64,000 bases of DNA from NCBI GenBank assembly GCA_973895155.1, contig OZ316893.1, positions 16,522,645-16,586,644 of the forward strand. The letters run 5' to 3'. Shown here piece after piece: positions 1 to 11,555 of the stretch. This DNA comes from Marsupella aquatica (taxonomy: Eukaryota > Plantae > Marchantiophyta). Position 1 is the first letter of the stretch. Every line of letters begins with the position of its first letter. The notes under the pieces are model-generated. The model ran no database searches. It was not told the DNA's origin and saw only the letters and a list, made by a program, of their open reading frames with translations. The position numbers and the translations under genes are program-made.

Positions 1-231
1 TGGTGCATTTTCAGCACTTAACTCCTCCTCCTTGCTTGAATGCTGGTCTTCATGAGTCTCATCCTCCTCTAAGTTTTCAGCCCCCAATTGGTCCTCCAGC
101 TCCTTTATCTTGAGCTTCAACAAGGCCAAGTGTTTAGCCTTCACCCTCTGGTCATGAGTCCCCTTCTTAATCTCAACTTGGGGAGCACCCTTGCTGGTCT
201 GATCAGCCTCCTGAGCCACTGTGACAGTGTC
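1..231 (-). pseudogene. Downstream continuation of the Ty3/gypsy gag-protease region (acidic, frameshifted), separated from 2213-3660 by the 232-2212 insertion
   Basis: Removing 232-2212 plus one GTGTC joins minus-strand sequence reading ...TKDTVTVAQEADQ... and, after a frameshift, KLKIKELEDQLGAENLEEDE. Composition is Glu/Lys-rich like the end of ORF 2219-3856. Confidence 0.5.
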
Positions 232-2212
232 TGTAATAAAGTAGATTGGTTAGAAATGATAGAAAATTTATAAATTTTGAACTTTTTCTAACTCAAAAGC
301 GCAGTATAGTTACCTTTTGTAGCAATTTAGATCAACTGAACACTTTACCTAATGCTATCCTTCATTGGAGGCTATTGTATTGGACAAGGATCGATAATAT
401 AAATCCTTGCTCTTTACATGCTACCAAAAAAGAAGATTGGACATCATTGGAGAAGCAATGCAGGCTAGAAGATTCAAGAACCGGACTCCAAAACACTTCT
501 TCAACAAGAATGAGCTCTGTATATAATTATCACAATCAGCCAATCTCTGCTATTTTAGTTAAATAGTTCTCACGGTCAGAAAAGTCTCATACTTTTTCAG
601 GAGGTAGTAGTTGCATAGTAGAATCATCCCTTAAAGTTTCATCTCAAACCGACATGTGGTTTGAAAGTTAAAATTATTTTAGTTTAGCTATTTTTTGCAT
701 AGCCACGACTTCGCCGACGCTTTGAGAAGCGTCCCTTGTATTTTTGGACGCTTTGAAAAGCGTCCACCCAAGACCACGACGCTTTGAGAAGCGTCCACAT
801 GAGAAGCGACGCTTTCGGAAGTGTCCACCAAGTTTCGACGCTTTCTGAAGCATCCGCCACTCCAAAGGCGACATCGACACTGACGCTGACTGAAGCGTCG
901 CACCCGAAGCCCAGAAGCCAGATGCTGCGACCAAAACCTCGAAATTCAGCCGACGCTTTCTGAAGCGTCCACAAAAGTCCTTTGTAGTTTTGGACGCTTT
1001 CTGAAGCGTCCACTATGTTCTCGACACTTAGAAATATTTTCATTTTTCGCACTTTTATAACACCACGCTGCTTTTATCGATTTATTTGAGGCACTTAGAG
1101 ATCTCAGAAAAGTCTGAAACTTTGTCAGCATAGAGATTATATGTAGTAGAGTACCCTTAGTTTAGAAGTTAAAATTAGATTAAGATCACTGTTTATTAAT
1201 TTTACTACAAACACCGACGCTTTGCAAAGCGTTCGCTCAAACCTCGACGCTTTGAGAAGCGTCCCCTACATTTTTGACACTTTCAGCAGTGTCCATTCAC
1301 TTTTCAAGGATGACCGTCATTAAGTTTATTCAAGACCCTTTAGATATGAAAGGGCATGTCCTTTTAGTCTCTCAGTCTCCTTGCGTTCCAGCTAGCCTAT
1401 ATGAAGTAGAATTTGTGTCATTTTCAAGTGTGAAGAAATAAAGTAGTGCCTGTGACATGTGCTGCAACATTGGAATCACCTTTGCAAAGCTTTCGTGTGT
1501 TTTCGTGTGGTATGGAGCTTGCAAATGCAAAGGAATTCTTCTCCCTTCCTTGGTCTGAATGATTGAGAGTTTAGATCATTGAAGTAAAATTATTTGTATG
1601 GAGTTGAATCTCAGAAGTATGAGGGAATAGATTCCTTAAGTGGTGACAACCCATCTTCTTGAGTTCTTGATGCATAGTTTTTGGCATGACATTGCTTGTG
1701 CACGGATGCAAAGATTGTTACTCACCAATTACCTGTGACTTCAATTTGATCATGATGGTGTTTATTATTCGTGACTCAGAGTACCGACTGGATATCGAAG
1801 TGATTGATTACTAGTTTCTTCTAAGTACCTTTGGAAGGAAAAGTTGAGACGTGTTGACGGCATTTTAGTAATCATCCTAGTATAGTAATCCCTTCCAGAA
1901 ATGTTCTTACGGATTTACCACCCAAATCACATCAAATAAAGTATTGATGAGAAGTTACCTTGGTGTTTTCCAGACTCCCTCATCATACCTCAAGATTTCA
2001 TTGTGTTTTGTTATTTGTTTCCATTTTATTAATTGCATTTACAATGTTAAGCTAACATTCAAATCTATGCCTTGCTGAGCAATCATAGTAAAAGACTCAA
2101 ACCTGTGTTTTTGTTACCTTAGTCATTCATAAGTGTTAAATGATAGAAAATCATTCCTTTCTTGTTCTTCCATGGGATCGAATACCGAGTTTTGGGCATT
2201 AAATGCTGATTT
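232..2212. mobile_element. ~1.98-kb solo-LTR-like insertion into the gypsy ORF
   Basis: Flanked by 5-bp direct repeat GTGTC (227-231 and 2213-2217). Begins TGTAAT, is AT-rich and non-coding, and has a GGGATCGA motif near the right end. The right end is ...GCTGATTT rather than CA. Confidence 0.6.
715..1295. repeat. Clustered imperfect palindromic repeats GACGCTTT-(n)-AAGCGTC within the solo-LTR-like insertion
   Basis: About 10 recurrences, e.g. gacgctttgagaagcgtc, gacgctttgaaaagcgtc, gacgctttctgaagcgtc, at 715-1010 and 1215-1295. These explain the repetitive KASQS/RFSKR ORFs. Confidence 0.85.
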
Positions 2213-2218
2213 GTGTCC

Positions 2219-3660
2219 TTAGTGCAATACTACAGTGTCTTCTTTGTTGTTCTCCTTGGATGAGGTGGCAGTCTGCTTCACCTCCTCTAGACTGGTCACC
2301 TCACTGATACTGGGCAGAGGTGAATGGCTGGTAAGAGCCGCCTGCTCTAGCTCCTCTCCAAACACTTCTTCTTTGGTCCATTGGCTCACCATGTTCAACA
2401 TGTATACCTCATCCTCATCAGATTCAGATTTGGTACTCAACTCATCGGAAAGCTCATAATCATATTCATCCAACTCATCAGTAGTCTCTCCTTGATGCTT
2501 GTCATGACCCCATGAAACTGAAGTGGTAGGTTTGCCAAACCTAAACTCCTTCTTGCCCCAATCAGTTACCACTTGTGCTCCATACAACCAAGGCCTTCCA
2601 ATCAAGATTGGGTAAGTAGATGGCCTTGCTGGTCTCATCACCAAGTAATTCAACAAGAACTCCTGCCCCCCAATGAGAGTAGGTACTTGAGTAAGAGTCC
2701 CCACCGGTAGCATTCTTGCTCCATTTGCTAGCCTCATTGTCCTTGCTGTTGGCTGAAATTTCTTGAAACCTAGTTGCTGGGCAGTAGCCTCAATCATGAT
2801 ATTCACACCTGAGCCTCCATCAACTGGTACATACGAGAGTACACACCCATTCACTTGAACATCAATCTTAGGTGCTCCAAGGTCTTCACAAACCATCGTC
2901 ACATCAGCTGGGGTCCCAACCTTTGGAAGCTTCCTCCTTCTCCTTCCTACCAACATCTCCTTCAGTTGCCTCCTATACAAAGGGTTGTCTTTGATCAGCT
3001 GCCCCATTGTAGCAGTAACCAAACAATCTTTCACATCCTTCTTGATGTCATAAGAGGGTACCTTGTTGGTCTCCTTCTTCTCGTCCACCTCAGCTTCTTC
3101 CTTCAAAGCTTTAGCAACCTTCAGGTCTTTGTTGATGGCCTCTTGATGCTCCTTAGCCTCCATCTCCTCTAGTTGCCTCTTGACTTCCTCATTCACCTTG
3201 GGATAGAAGAGCTTTGGATGGTCCCTTTTGTAGTCACTATCTTCAGCTGGTGGGACTTGAACTTCTACTCTAACTTCAACTTTGGTTGGTGATTCCGTTG
3301 AGTGCTCCTTTCTTTCCTTCCTCTTCTTCCTCTCTTCTACTCTTTCCTTCTTTCTTGTGGACCTGGTAGACACCTTGTAACACACAGCTTCCTCCTCAGG
3401 TGTCTCCATTCCCGGTAGATCTGGCTGGTACTCCCCATCAGCAACTTGTGTCACTCCATCTTTGGTCTCCTCTTGCCATTCCATACTCAAGAAGTTCACT
3501 ATGGCTTCACCAGGAGTTTTGGCAACCACTGGTTGAGGAGCTTCCACCCTTCCTACCATCATCTTGGCAGCCGATCCAATAGGACAATTGGCTGTGGTAT
3601 GACCCTCTCTTTTGCAAACAGCACAAAGAGGATAGGGAGCTCCTTGTCCTTGTCTCCTTG
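2219..3660 (-). pseudogene. Ty3/gypsy gag zinc knuckle and aspartic protease remnant
   Basis: CX2CX4HX4C knuckle CAVCKREGHTTANC. Retropepsin-like VPVDGGSGVNIM and ILIGRPWL motifs. The 5' part of the ORF (3660-3856) is unrelated sequence. Confidence 0.85.
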
Positions 3661-5647
3661 GTTCGGGGCTATTGGAAGAACTCTCGGTCATGGAAGAACT
3701 GCTCTTGTCATTGATGCCAACCATAGATGTGGATGTGTTGGGAGTAAAACCATTCTCACGAGGACTGATAATTCTCTCCACACCTCTTTGGCAGAGGCGG
3801 GTAACGATAAACCAAATCCAACCAATATGCACATCCGACGCCAATCCACAATCCACAAAGTCTTGTGATAGAAAATTAATTTAGTAAAATGGTAGCGCCA
3901 GGCGCTTACAAAAGTTCAAAGTGATCCGGGGTGTCCACACCGTAAATGGAAGGATTGCAAAATTCAAAAAGCAACGCACATCTTACGCCTCTCGCTTGAT
4001 ACGACCGGATGGTAAACTAGCGTCAAGCACTTGTCAGATCTTCAGACAAGCGATGACAAAAATGGCTAAGACATCTATCAATTAATCTGTAAGAGATAGA
4101 TCAATTAAGTTGTAGCTATACGCAAGATCCGATTGAACTCATCAACATATTCTGCAAACTACGCGAATAGTGTCTATTGTGAAGGTGACCATACTAGCGC
4201 CGGGCGCTAGTTCGTTCATTCATAGATGAGCCACAATTGTCATTGATTCCAATTGTAGATCGGACTGTATTTGGAACAAAACCATGCTCTCGGGTCCCGA
4301 TGTAAGCCAAAGATGGACTTTGCTCATCATCGCTTCGGGGAAACACGCCAGGAACGGTGGTGTTTTGGAAATCAACACGGCCAAGTTTTTCCTGTTTCCT
4401 CATTTCATCCTCCCGAGTTGGACTATGGGGAGGAGGTGGCCAGTGGCCAGTAAACCTTTCCGCAAACCTCCTTGGCGGAGAATCCCTCAGCCACAGGATC
4501 AGCGTTTCACCAGGACTAATCGCTTCGTCTTGCGAAAGGTTGAAGCGGTTGCGGAAGGCACTTGTTTCCGACCATTCGGGCTGTTCAATCACGGGAACCG
4601 AAATCTCTTCCAAAATGATTGTAGTGTGTCTTTGAAAGTAGGCCGCGGAGATTCTCCTTGGATTATCCATGGCAGGTCAGCAAAAGAGCTTGAACAAAAT
4701 CGAAAGTGGGAAAGCACTAAAAGACGATAATTAATGAAGGTTCACCCAAAAAGTTGATGCAATACTGGGCATTCAAGACTTAATCGCATAAACATTATAG
4801 GGATTAGGGTGTAACCTCGTGGCGACCTTAACCGCCCACTCCATCCGAAAATGGCCGTTGCATCCTCAAACTCCCGTTGTGGTCTAAAACGACACTTTCA
4901 ACATCAAACGGGCATTTTCACCTCACATGATTGTCGCGATAGACCAGACAAAAGATTAACTGGAAAATTCCACTAAAGTCATCCAGAAAGTACGGGAGTA
5001 TCAATGTACCAGCGTCGTGACCGTTATACAATTATAGTAGCGTCGGGTGCTACTATAACAGAAATGTGTATTACGAGTGGACACACCATGGTTGCAACTG
5101 ACATATATAATATCTTTTATTATACAAGATTCCTGCATACATTTGGGTAGCGCCCGGCGCTAGCATAGTTCCACTAAAAAATACACCCAAAATACACAAT
5201 AGAGATCCAAGTTAATCTGAGCACTCCAATTCACTTGATTCGGACCTGTCGGTGGATTTTGCCTCGATGTCTAAAAATTTTCTCTTGGCCATATCATCCA
5301 CAAATCGGTTCCGCATAAATTTTCTATCAGACCCCCTCCTTAATCTCAAACCTTTATTCTCCCAGTGCAGGGTCCGCACACTGTCAACTCGTCTAGCAAC
5401 ATTTTCAGCATAGGAAGGTAAGACAAATGGTTTCTTGGGAGTTTCAATATATCGCCTAGCTATTTTTCGTCTGAGTTGGAAACGCCAACAAAGATTCCAG
5501 TCTGACCTGAGGAGGAGAATATTGGATTTTATGTCAACGGCCACAATATTTGCAAAAAAGGAAATAAAAAATGCGACATCAAAGAAGAAGAAGGGAATCG
5601 ACCGTAATAAAAAATTGGGTTAGCTTATGAGCTTACTCAGTAGTTTC

Positions 5648-8600
5648 TTACTCAGAAGAGTCTCCGCTGTCACTCCCTCCATTAGATTCCAGATCTTCTC
5701 CGGTTAGAGACACTCTGGGAATGTTGGGATCCTCCTCTTCTTCTTCCCCCTCTTCTGCCTCATTCTCATCTTCGGAGTCAAAATTTAATCCTAATTTAAG
5801 TTTATCTCTCTTTCGTTTTGCAAGCATAGGCTTCGGAGGGGCTTTTGACTCAGATACTTTGGGAGTTAGAAGGTCCAGAAATATTTTTGAAGCGGTTTCA
5901 ATGAACTCCTTTCTATTCTCGAGCCCAATTACAAATTGACCACAATTATCATTTGCCACAAATGTACTCCCGGAACCTACAGCCCAATCCAGAACAATAT
6001 CTCCGGGACACGTGATTAGTTCTAGAATAGATTGCATAAACCCTGCATGTAGTCTGGCATTCCCGGAAAAATCAAGCTCGTGAGTTGTATCCACTTTCGC
6101 AAACGAAAGTTCAATCAGATTTGTGATACAGGGATCCTTTGTTCTTGAAAGAGGTTTGAACTTAGGATCCTTTGGAACTTTAACCTTGGATGATAGCCAA
6201 TAAAATATATCCAAACGTAAAGTGAATACCTGAAAAGGCCGGGAACATCAACAAGTAAGGACCTAAGAATTATAATAGTGTCGGGCGCTAGCAAATAATC
6301 AAGAGTATGATTAGTATTGTACCTGGGAAAAGATTAAAATTTCTAATCGAGCACCAGATAATTTGAACAGTGCTTGGCGCTAGCAAAACTTTGAAATTGT
6401 GATCAATAGATTTACCTGTAAATCAGACTTGGCCTTGTACATGGGGAACCCCATGACAACATTATGTGTACACAAACACTGGAATTTCTTAGACTCTTGA
6501 CATGCTGAGATGACCTGTGAAATCTGATCATACTCCCCCGTATGGAGTATCGCAATAATTCCGTCATCCGACAAAAAGGGATCCATTGCCCAGAAAAAAC
6601 ATCGGGCTAGCGTACAATCGGGAACGTTCCATTTAGGGACCTTCCTATCAAGCAAAGTTGGTTTAAGCCCAGTTGGCAAATAAATAAAACCAGCGTCAAC
6701 ACCAAAAGGCCTTTCCTTCCCACCCCTCACCACTCCTTTCAGTCGGCATCCAGATTTGATTAAGTCCTTCCCCCATTTTTTGGCATTTTTAACCCATTCT
6801 GGCTTCTCCTCCTTGTTAAACACACTGTCCACTAATTCATTGACACTGGTCTCAACGAAACAATGACGAGATGCCTTGGATTTAAACTTCCCAACATCAT
6901 GTTGGAGCCCGGTGTCAGAGAATCCCTTTCTGATTGCCTAGCATCGCCAGTCCTCCTGCTTTTCTTCTTCGTACTCGTTGCATTGACTGGTACAACTGAG
7001 TTTCCAGAATTAACTGGTGTAAGTGGATCTGGCAAAGCGCCAGTATTTGCTTCTGAAGCTTCCGGGGTAACCTTCGTATCATCAGTGGCGTCTGCATCCA
7101 ACTTCTTTTGACCTATTCACACAATGCAAAGAATGTGGGATTAGTGTTAGAAAGCAAAAATGGATTAAGGTTGAAGTACGGGAATAGTAGCGCCAGGCGC
7201 TAGCAAAGAACTAAACTGGGTTAGAATGAAAACGTATGTTTCTTCCCGGATCACGTTGATGCACTTGGTAGTGCAGTGTCTACTTTCACTTTTCCTCTTG
7301 GCTTGCGGCTCCTATCTACATGAACAACTATTGTCTCGCAGATTGTTTGTAACTCAGTAGAAGATTTGTCGACGTCGCTCAGGAGCCCTTGCTTCATCTC
7401 AGAAACTATGTTGGGTAGAATCTGCAACTTGGCTAGTTTAAGAAACCAATCCTTCTCCACTTTGTCAAATGGTGAATCCCACTTGTCTCTGTCAAGGTAC
7501 CACGGGCAGTGAATTCTTTCCCACTCGGAAATTTCCTGTGGTGGTAGTTTACCCTCGGCAGGATGCATCGAATACAAGTTAGCAACATGATCTCCCTCCT
7601 TTGCAACAATCCACTTGTGAAATGCGGCTGGATACGCCCAAAGCGCATCCGGGGAATGTATTTCCATCCATATGTAAAAACGATACAAATACCTCTTGGC
7701 CCTCTTCTGATTTTTCTCTGTATATACCTCTTTATCAGGGTATTTTGATGGCCACATGGTGTTGAAGAACTTTGCCTTCACAAGATCCCCATACCTTCTG
7801 AACTCACTTGAAATAATTTCAATCAGACACTCTACTGAGTCACACCCTGACTGGGCAAGCCTATCAACTGGGAGTGTTTCAATGGTTGGGGAAATTGCAG
7901 ATTATAACATCCCAATTGCGATTCTCTCGACGGTATTCCAGGTCTGCCATGTGTGACACCACTGCTTCACTGGATCATCATTCACACTGGCAGGGTGGAA
8001 GAATTGTTTTCTCAACTCTAGAGTATAGTGAGCAACGAGCAAAGTGCACCTCAATTTTGGATCGAGAGCAGAAACTGTTGTGAATAGTCTGGCACGGTCC
8101 ATGGTACAAACAACCAAATCGGGTTTTTTCTCTCGCTTGTTCTTCTTCGTCAATACGTACATCTCTGCACAAGTACCTAGAAAATCTTCAAACTTAGGAC
8201 TAAGAAGAGGAGTGATTTTGGATGTTTTTGTAGACCAATCTTTGGTGGCCTCTTTCAACATGAGTGACTGCCGCTTGGCGACCTCATCAGCCGACCAAGG
8301 ATTGCCTTGACTTGCTGCCAATGCCATGTCCATCTTGAACTGGTTAGTGTAAGCTTTCCTTGGAATGGGACCATTTTTATAATTTTTGGTTCCCCCACGA
8401 AAAGCCCCACGGGGAGGGCAAACAGACAGGCCAAAAGGCCAGACCAAGCGACCAAAACAAAACCAAAAACACCGCGCACAGGCACACGCAACCAGCGCAA
8501 AAAACGCAACCCCCCGCCCACAAAATAGTGGGAGAGGGAACACCAATCACCAACACAAGCCAAAGCGCATCATAAGAGGGCCTCGTTCATTCAGATCAGC

Positions 8601-10719
8601 CCGGAGCCGCGGTCACCATGCTCAAGCAAAAGAGTTGACAGTAGTGCTGCCACTGCCCAGCCATTCCCTACGCAGGTCATCAATCCATGCCTTGGCCCGA
8701 ATCAGGCGGGTGCACTTCCTGCCTGGGGGGCAGCGCCGACTAACAGCAAACGCATTCTCCGCTGCCTCATTCAGCACCAGCCCAAAGTCAAACACACATC
8801 CCCCCCTGGCTGAAACATGTGGGTGTTCCTTCCCATCCAGAGTCGCCATAGAATTTGATGCAAGACAAAGATCCGAGCCACTTGAACATGCTCCTTCCCG
8901 CAGGCCGCCTCTAAAAGAGCCATCAATCCTTGTCCAATTGGAAAACCCAGACTCCTCAACGCAGCCTGACAGAGGCACCAGCAGCGGACAACATGTGTAC
9001 AGTGGAAAAACAGGTGGGGGATTGTTTCAAGCCAGCCATTACAAAGCTTGCAATCTCCATTACTAACCTCCATTCTGAGCGCACGAGCCCCAGTGAACAG
9101 GCCCCCAACAATGATCCTCCAAAAAAAGGTCTTGCCTCTAATTGGAAGATCAGACCCCCAAAGCTTGGCCCAGCACACATTCCAGCGCATCTCAGGCCAG
9201 GACAACGACCAGATCCTATTGAGGCGGTCATGGGAAGAACTCTTAGGCCTTAAGAAGTCATACACTCTACAATTCTTGATTCTGAAGTCCTTCAGCGGCT
9301 CCGATCGATCTGTCCATCTCCATTGCTTGGCATACAAGTAGTACTCAGATTGGTAGTTATTAGCACGCCAAAGGCAATCCAAGAACGAGCGTGCCATCGT
9401 TCGATGCTCCTCAGAGAAGCCATGCATGTTGTGCCAACGTAACGGGAGGTCCTTCCAACATCCATCCTCCGTCGACCATCCATCACCAATAGACCTCAAT
9501 CCCAGCCTGCCACAAATTGCAGCAATCTCTATGATTTAGGGTTAGTGTAAGCTTTGATTTTGTTTTTGCACAAAATATAAACAAGAGCTTCCAGAGGCAT
9601 TTTCCGTGTGTACCAAGAATGTTTGCGAGTCTTTTGTTTGATATACTCAAACTTTGCATAATTGGCGCTGGCAATTATTGACTTATAGTACTCTAGATTG
9701 TGAGAGAGAATCCTTCGGATTCTGTCTGCGTCAAGGATCCACGATGGTTCAACAACGGCCTGCCCTAACCTGCAATAGGTCATGTTTGAAATTAGTAGCG
9801 CCAGGCGCTAGCTTAAACACAAACACTCTCTTTAGTATTTATTTAACAACCATAGATTGCGGAAATCTTTAATTACAAGGTTGGGCCAAATTACTTACTG
9901 GTTGATAGTGTGCATAGCCGCCTCAATCTGACTTTCTGAAGCTTTATCACCCTTGAAAATGGTGCAGAGAACTTTGGGATGATACTTGACATTGTCTGGA
10001 TTTTCCTTTGTGACCATAGTCCACGAGTAAAGTTGGTGATTCCCATCAAACACTGAGAACATTTTGTCTTTCAAGATCCTAAAAGCTGGATTTGCCTCGC
10101 ATTCTATTTCAAATTTCTCATTCTCAGCAACCCAAATAGCATCCCAAGTCTCCCTGATCTCCTCACTGCAGATTTGCTCCACACCATCGGAATTGGTCGG
10201 TTGCACAAAAAACCGCATTCCAATCCTTGGATTGTAGCCACTACTTCGGAAGGAGCCTTTCAATTTCTCAATTGACGCACTCTCCTTCTGAAGCGTCCGG
10301 ACTACCTCCATGTGGATCAACCGACAAAGCGGAATCCTAGGCGGTTCCTTCTCGTTTCCCCATAAATCTTTTCCAAATGACATTATGTGTTGCAAAATGA
10401 CTTCATCCATCCCTAATCCAACCTTGTTGCCCTCTCCCAACGTGTAATCGGTCATGCTATCCGTGTCCATTCGGACCCTTCTTGACTTCTGGAGTGGTAG
10501 TGTTGCGTTCAACGAAGGGATTGCTCTGCTCGACCTTGTAACTCGACGCGAGTAAAATGCCCCAGAGAACAAAGATTGTGTAGACTCGCAATGACCGTGA
10601 TCTCCCTCTGGAACTGTGGTATACCCTCTTGGAGAGCTTGGGGCGCTTGAAGGTTGCATTGTGGAGCATGTCAATACGTGAAGGTCTCTGTACAACACAG
10701 AGCCAGTCTCTACCCTCAC
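5648..10719 (-). pseudogene. Multi-exon gene: ParB/Srx-like N-terminal domain, helical middle region, beta-class N4/N6 DNA-methyltransferase-like domain, acidic tail. Disrupted by a LINE and premature stops
   Basis: ParB-like segment IPLCRLIHMEVVR...IEKLKGSFRSSGY...FSVFDGNHQL. MTase motif-IV-like VDAGFIYLPTG, then FLSDDGIIAILH, then motif-I-like LELITCPGDIVLDWAVGSGSTFVA...VIGLENRKEF. GT-AG introns at about 9770-9898 and 6230-6415, and a third at about 7113-7237 with an apparently mutated donor. Stops at 7902, 7251 and 6832. Confidence 0.72.
8358..9539 (-). mobile_element. 5'-truncated L1-type LINE (ORF2 C-terminus with zf-RVT, plus 3' UTR)
   Basis: 16-bp TSD GGTTAGTGTAAGCTTT at 8342-8357 and 9540-9555. 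ORF 8771-9499 has WAKLW...KTFFWRI...CKLC...ETIPHLFFHC. Excision restores host reading ILCKNKIKAYTNQFKMDMALA, matching copy 2 ILCVDKIKSYSNQFKSDMALA. Confidence 0.92.
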
Positions 10720-11555
10720 GCTCCGAACAAATTACCGTACACAAAGAACTACATTAAACCTTTAAAACTTTTCCATCATAGTGCGGTTGACATCATGTGA
10801 GGAAGAACGACAAGGATTGAAAGAATCTCACTGACCAATCCAAACAAAGATAAGTGGTCGGGACTGTTTGGAATGAGTAGAATTAACGTCTATTTTCAAG
10901 TCATCTGTGGACGCAGCGATCAACGGGAGTGTATTGTTAAACAATTCAACGGAAAACAACACAAAGTAATCAATTCGTTGATACACGTTATCGTTAGATA
11001 TAACCGTTGGGCAAACCAAAGTCATCTCCATCGATACTAGCGCCTGGTGCTAGTATCCAAAAACCAATAAAAATACTATCATCCATGACGATGGCATGGA
11101 GGAGAATATGTCAGCGTCGGGCGCTAGCTATGTATTCCCCGTGTATTTTCCCAAGAAGTGACGATTCCAAAACAAAATGAAACTTTTGTTGACATTTTCA
11201 GTAATTCCATCAAATTCAATACAATGTTTCACTTTGACTTGACAATCCTCTAATGATAGCACTTGGCGCTAGCACGTTCAGTCTGGTTTCTAAGTTGTAA
11301 TCCGAGTACTTCTTTATGGTAGCATCAGGCGCTAATAATTATCTGATCGTGTTTTGTACACGTTACCGGTAAGTAGTGTTGTTGGCAAAACGACAAACTA
11401 CCTTTATGTGTCTACATCTAACGACTAGTACCCATTTTGTCATTTATAAACGATAATCTTTTGATGTTCGTAATGTGTTTACTTAACTTAAGTCGAGTAA
11501 TGTTCTCCTATTTTCTCAGTTCCTTTGTTTGTCAAATTAAGATCATTCTCCCGCA

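Noticed and set aside
674-1131. Several short ORFs with KASQS/RFSKR repeats
   Set aside because: By-products of the palindromic GACGCTT...AAGCGTC repeats.
2219-3856. 545-aa ORF as an intact gene
   Set aside because: A chimera of Mutator-like sequence (3660-3856) and a truncated gypsy gag-protease.
8386-9066. 226-aa plus-strand ORF and the N-terminus of ORF 7902-8546
   Set aside because: Antisense or read-through frames of the LINE 3' region.
5648-10719. Bacterial contamination as the source of the ParB/methylase motifs
   Set aside because: The gene has spliceosomal introns, a plant-type LINE insertion with a TSD, and a paralog embedded among plant transposons.
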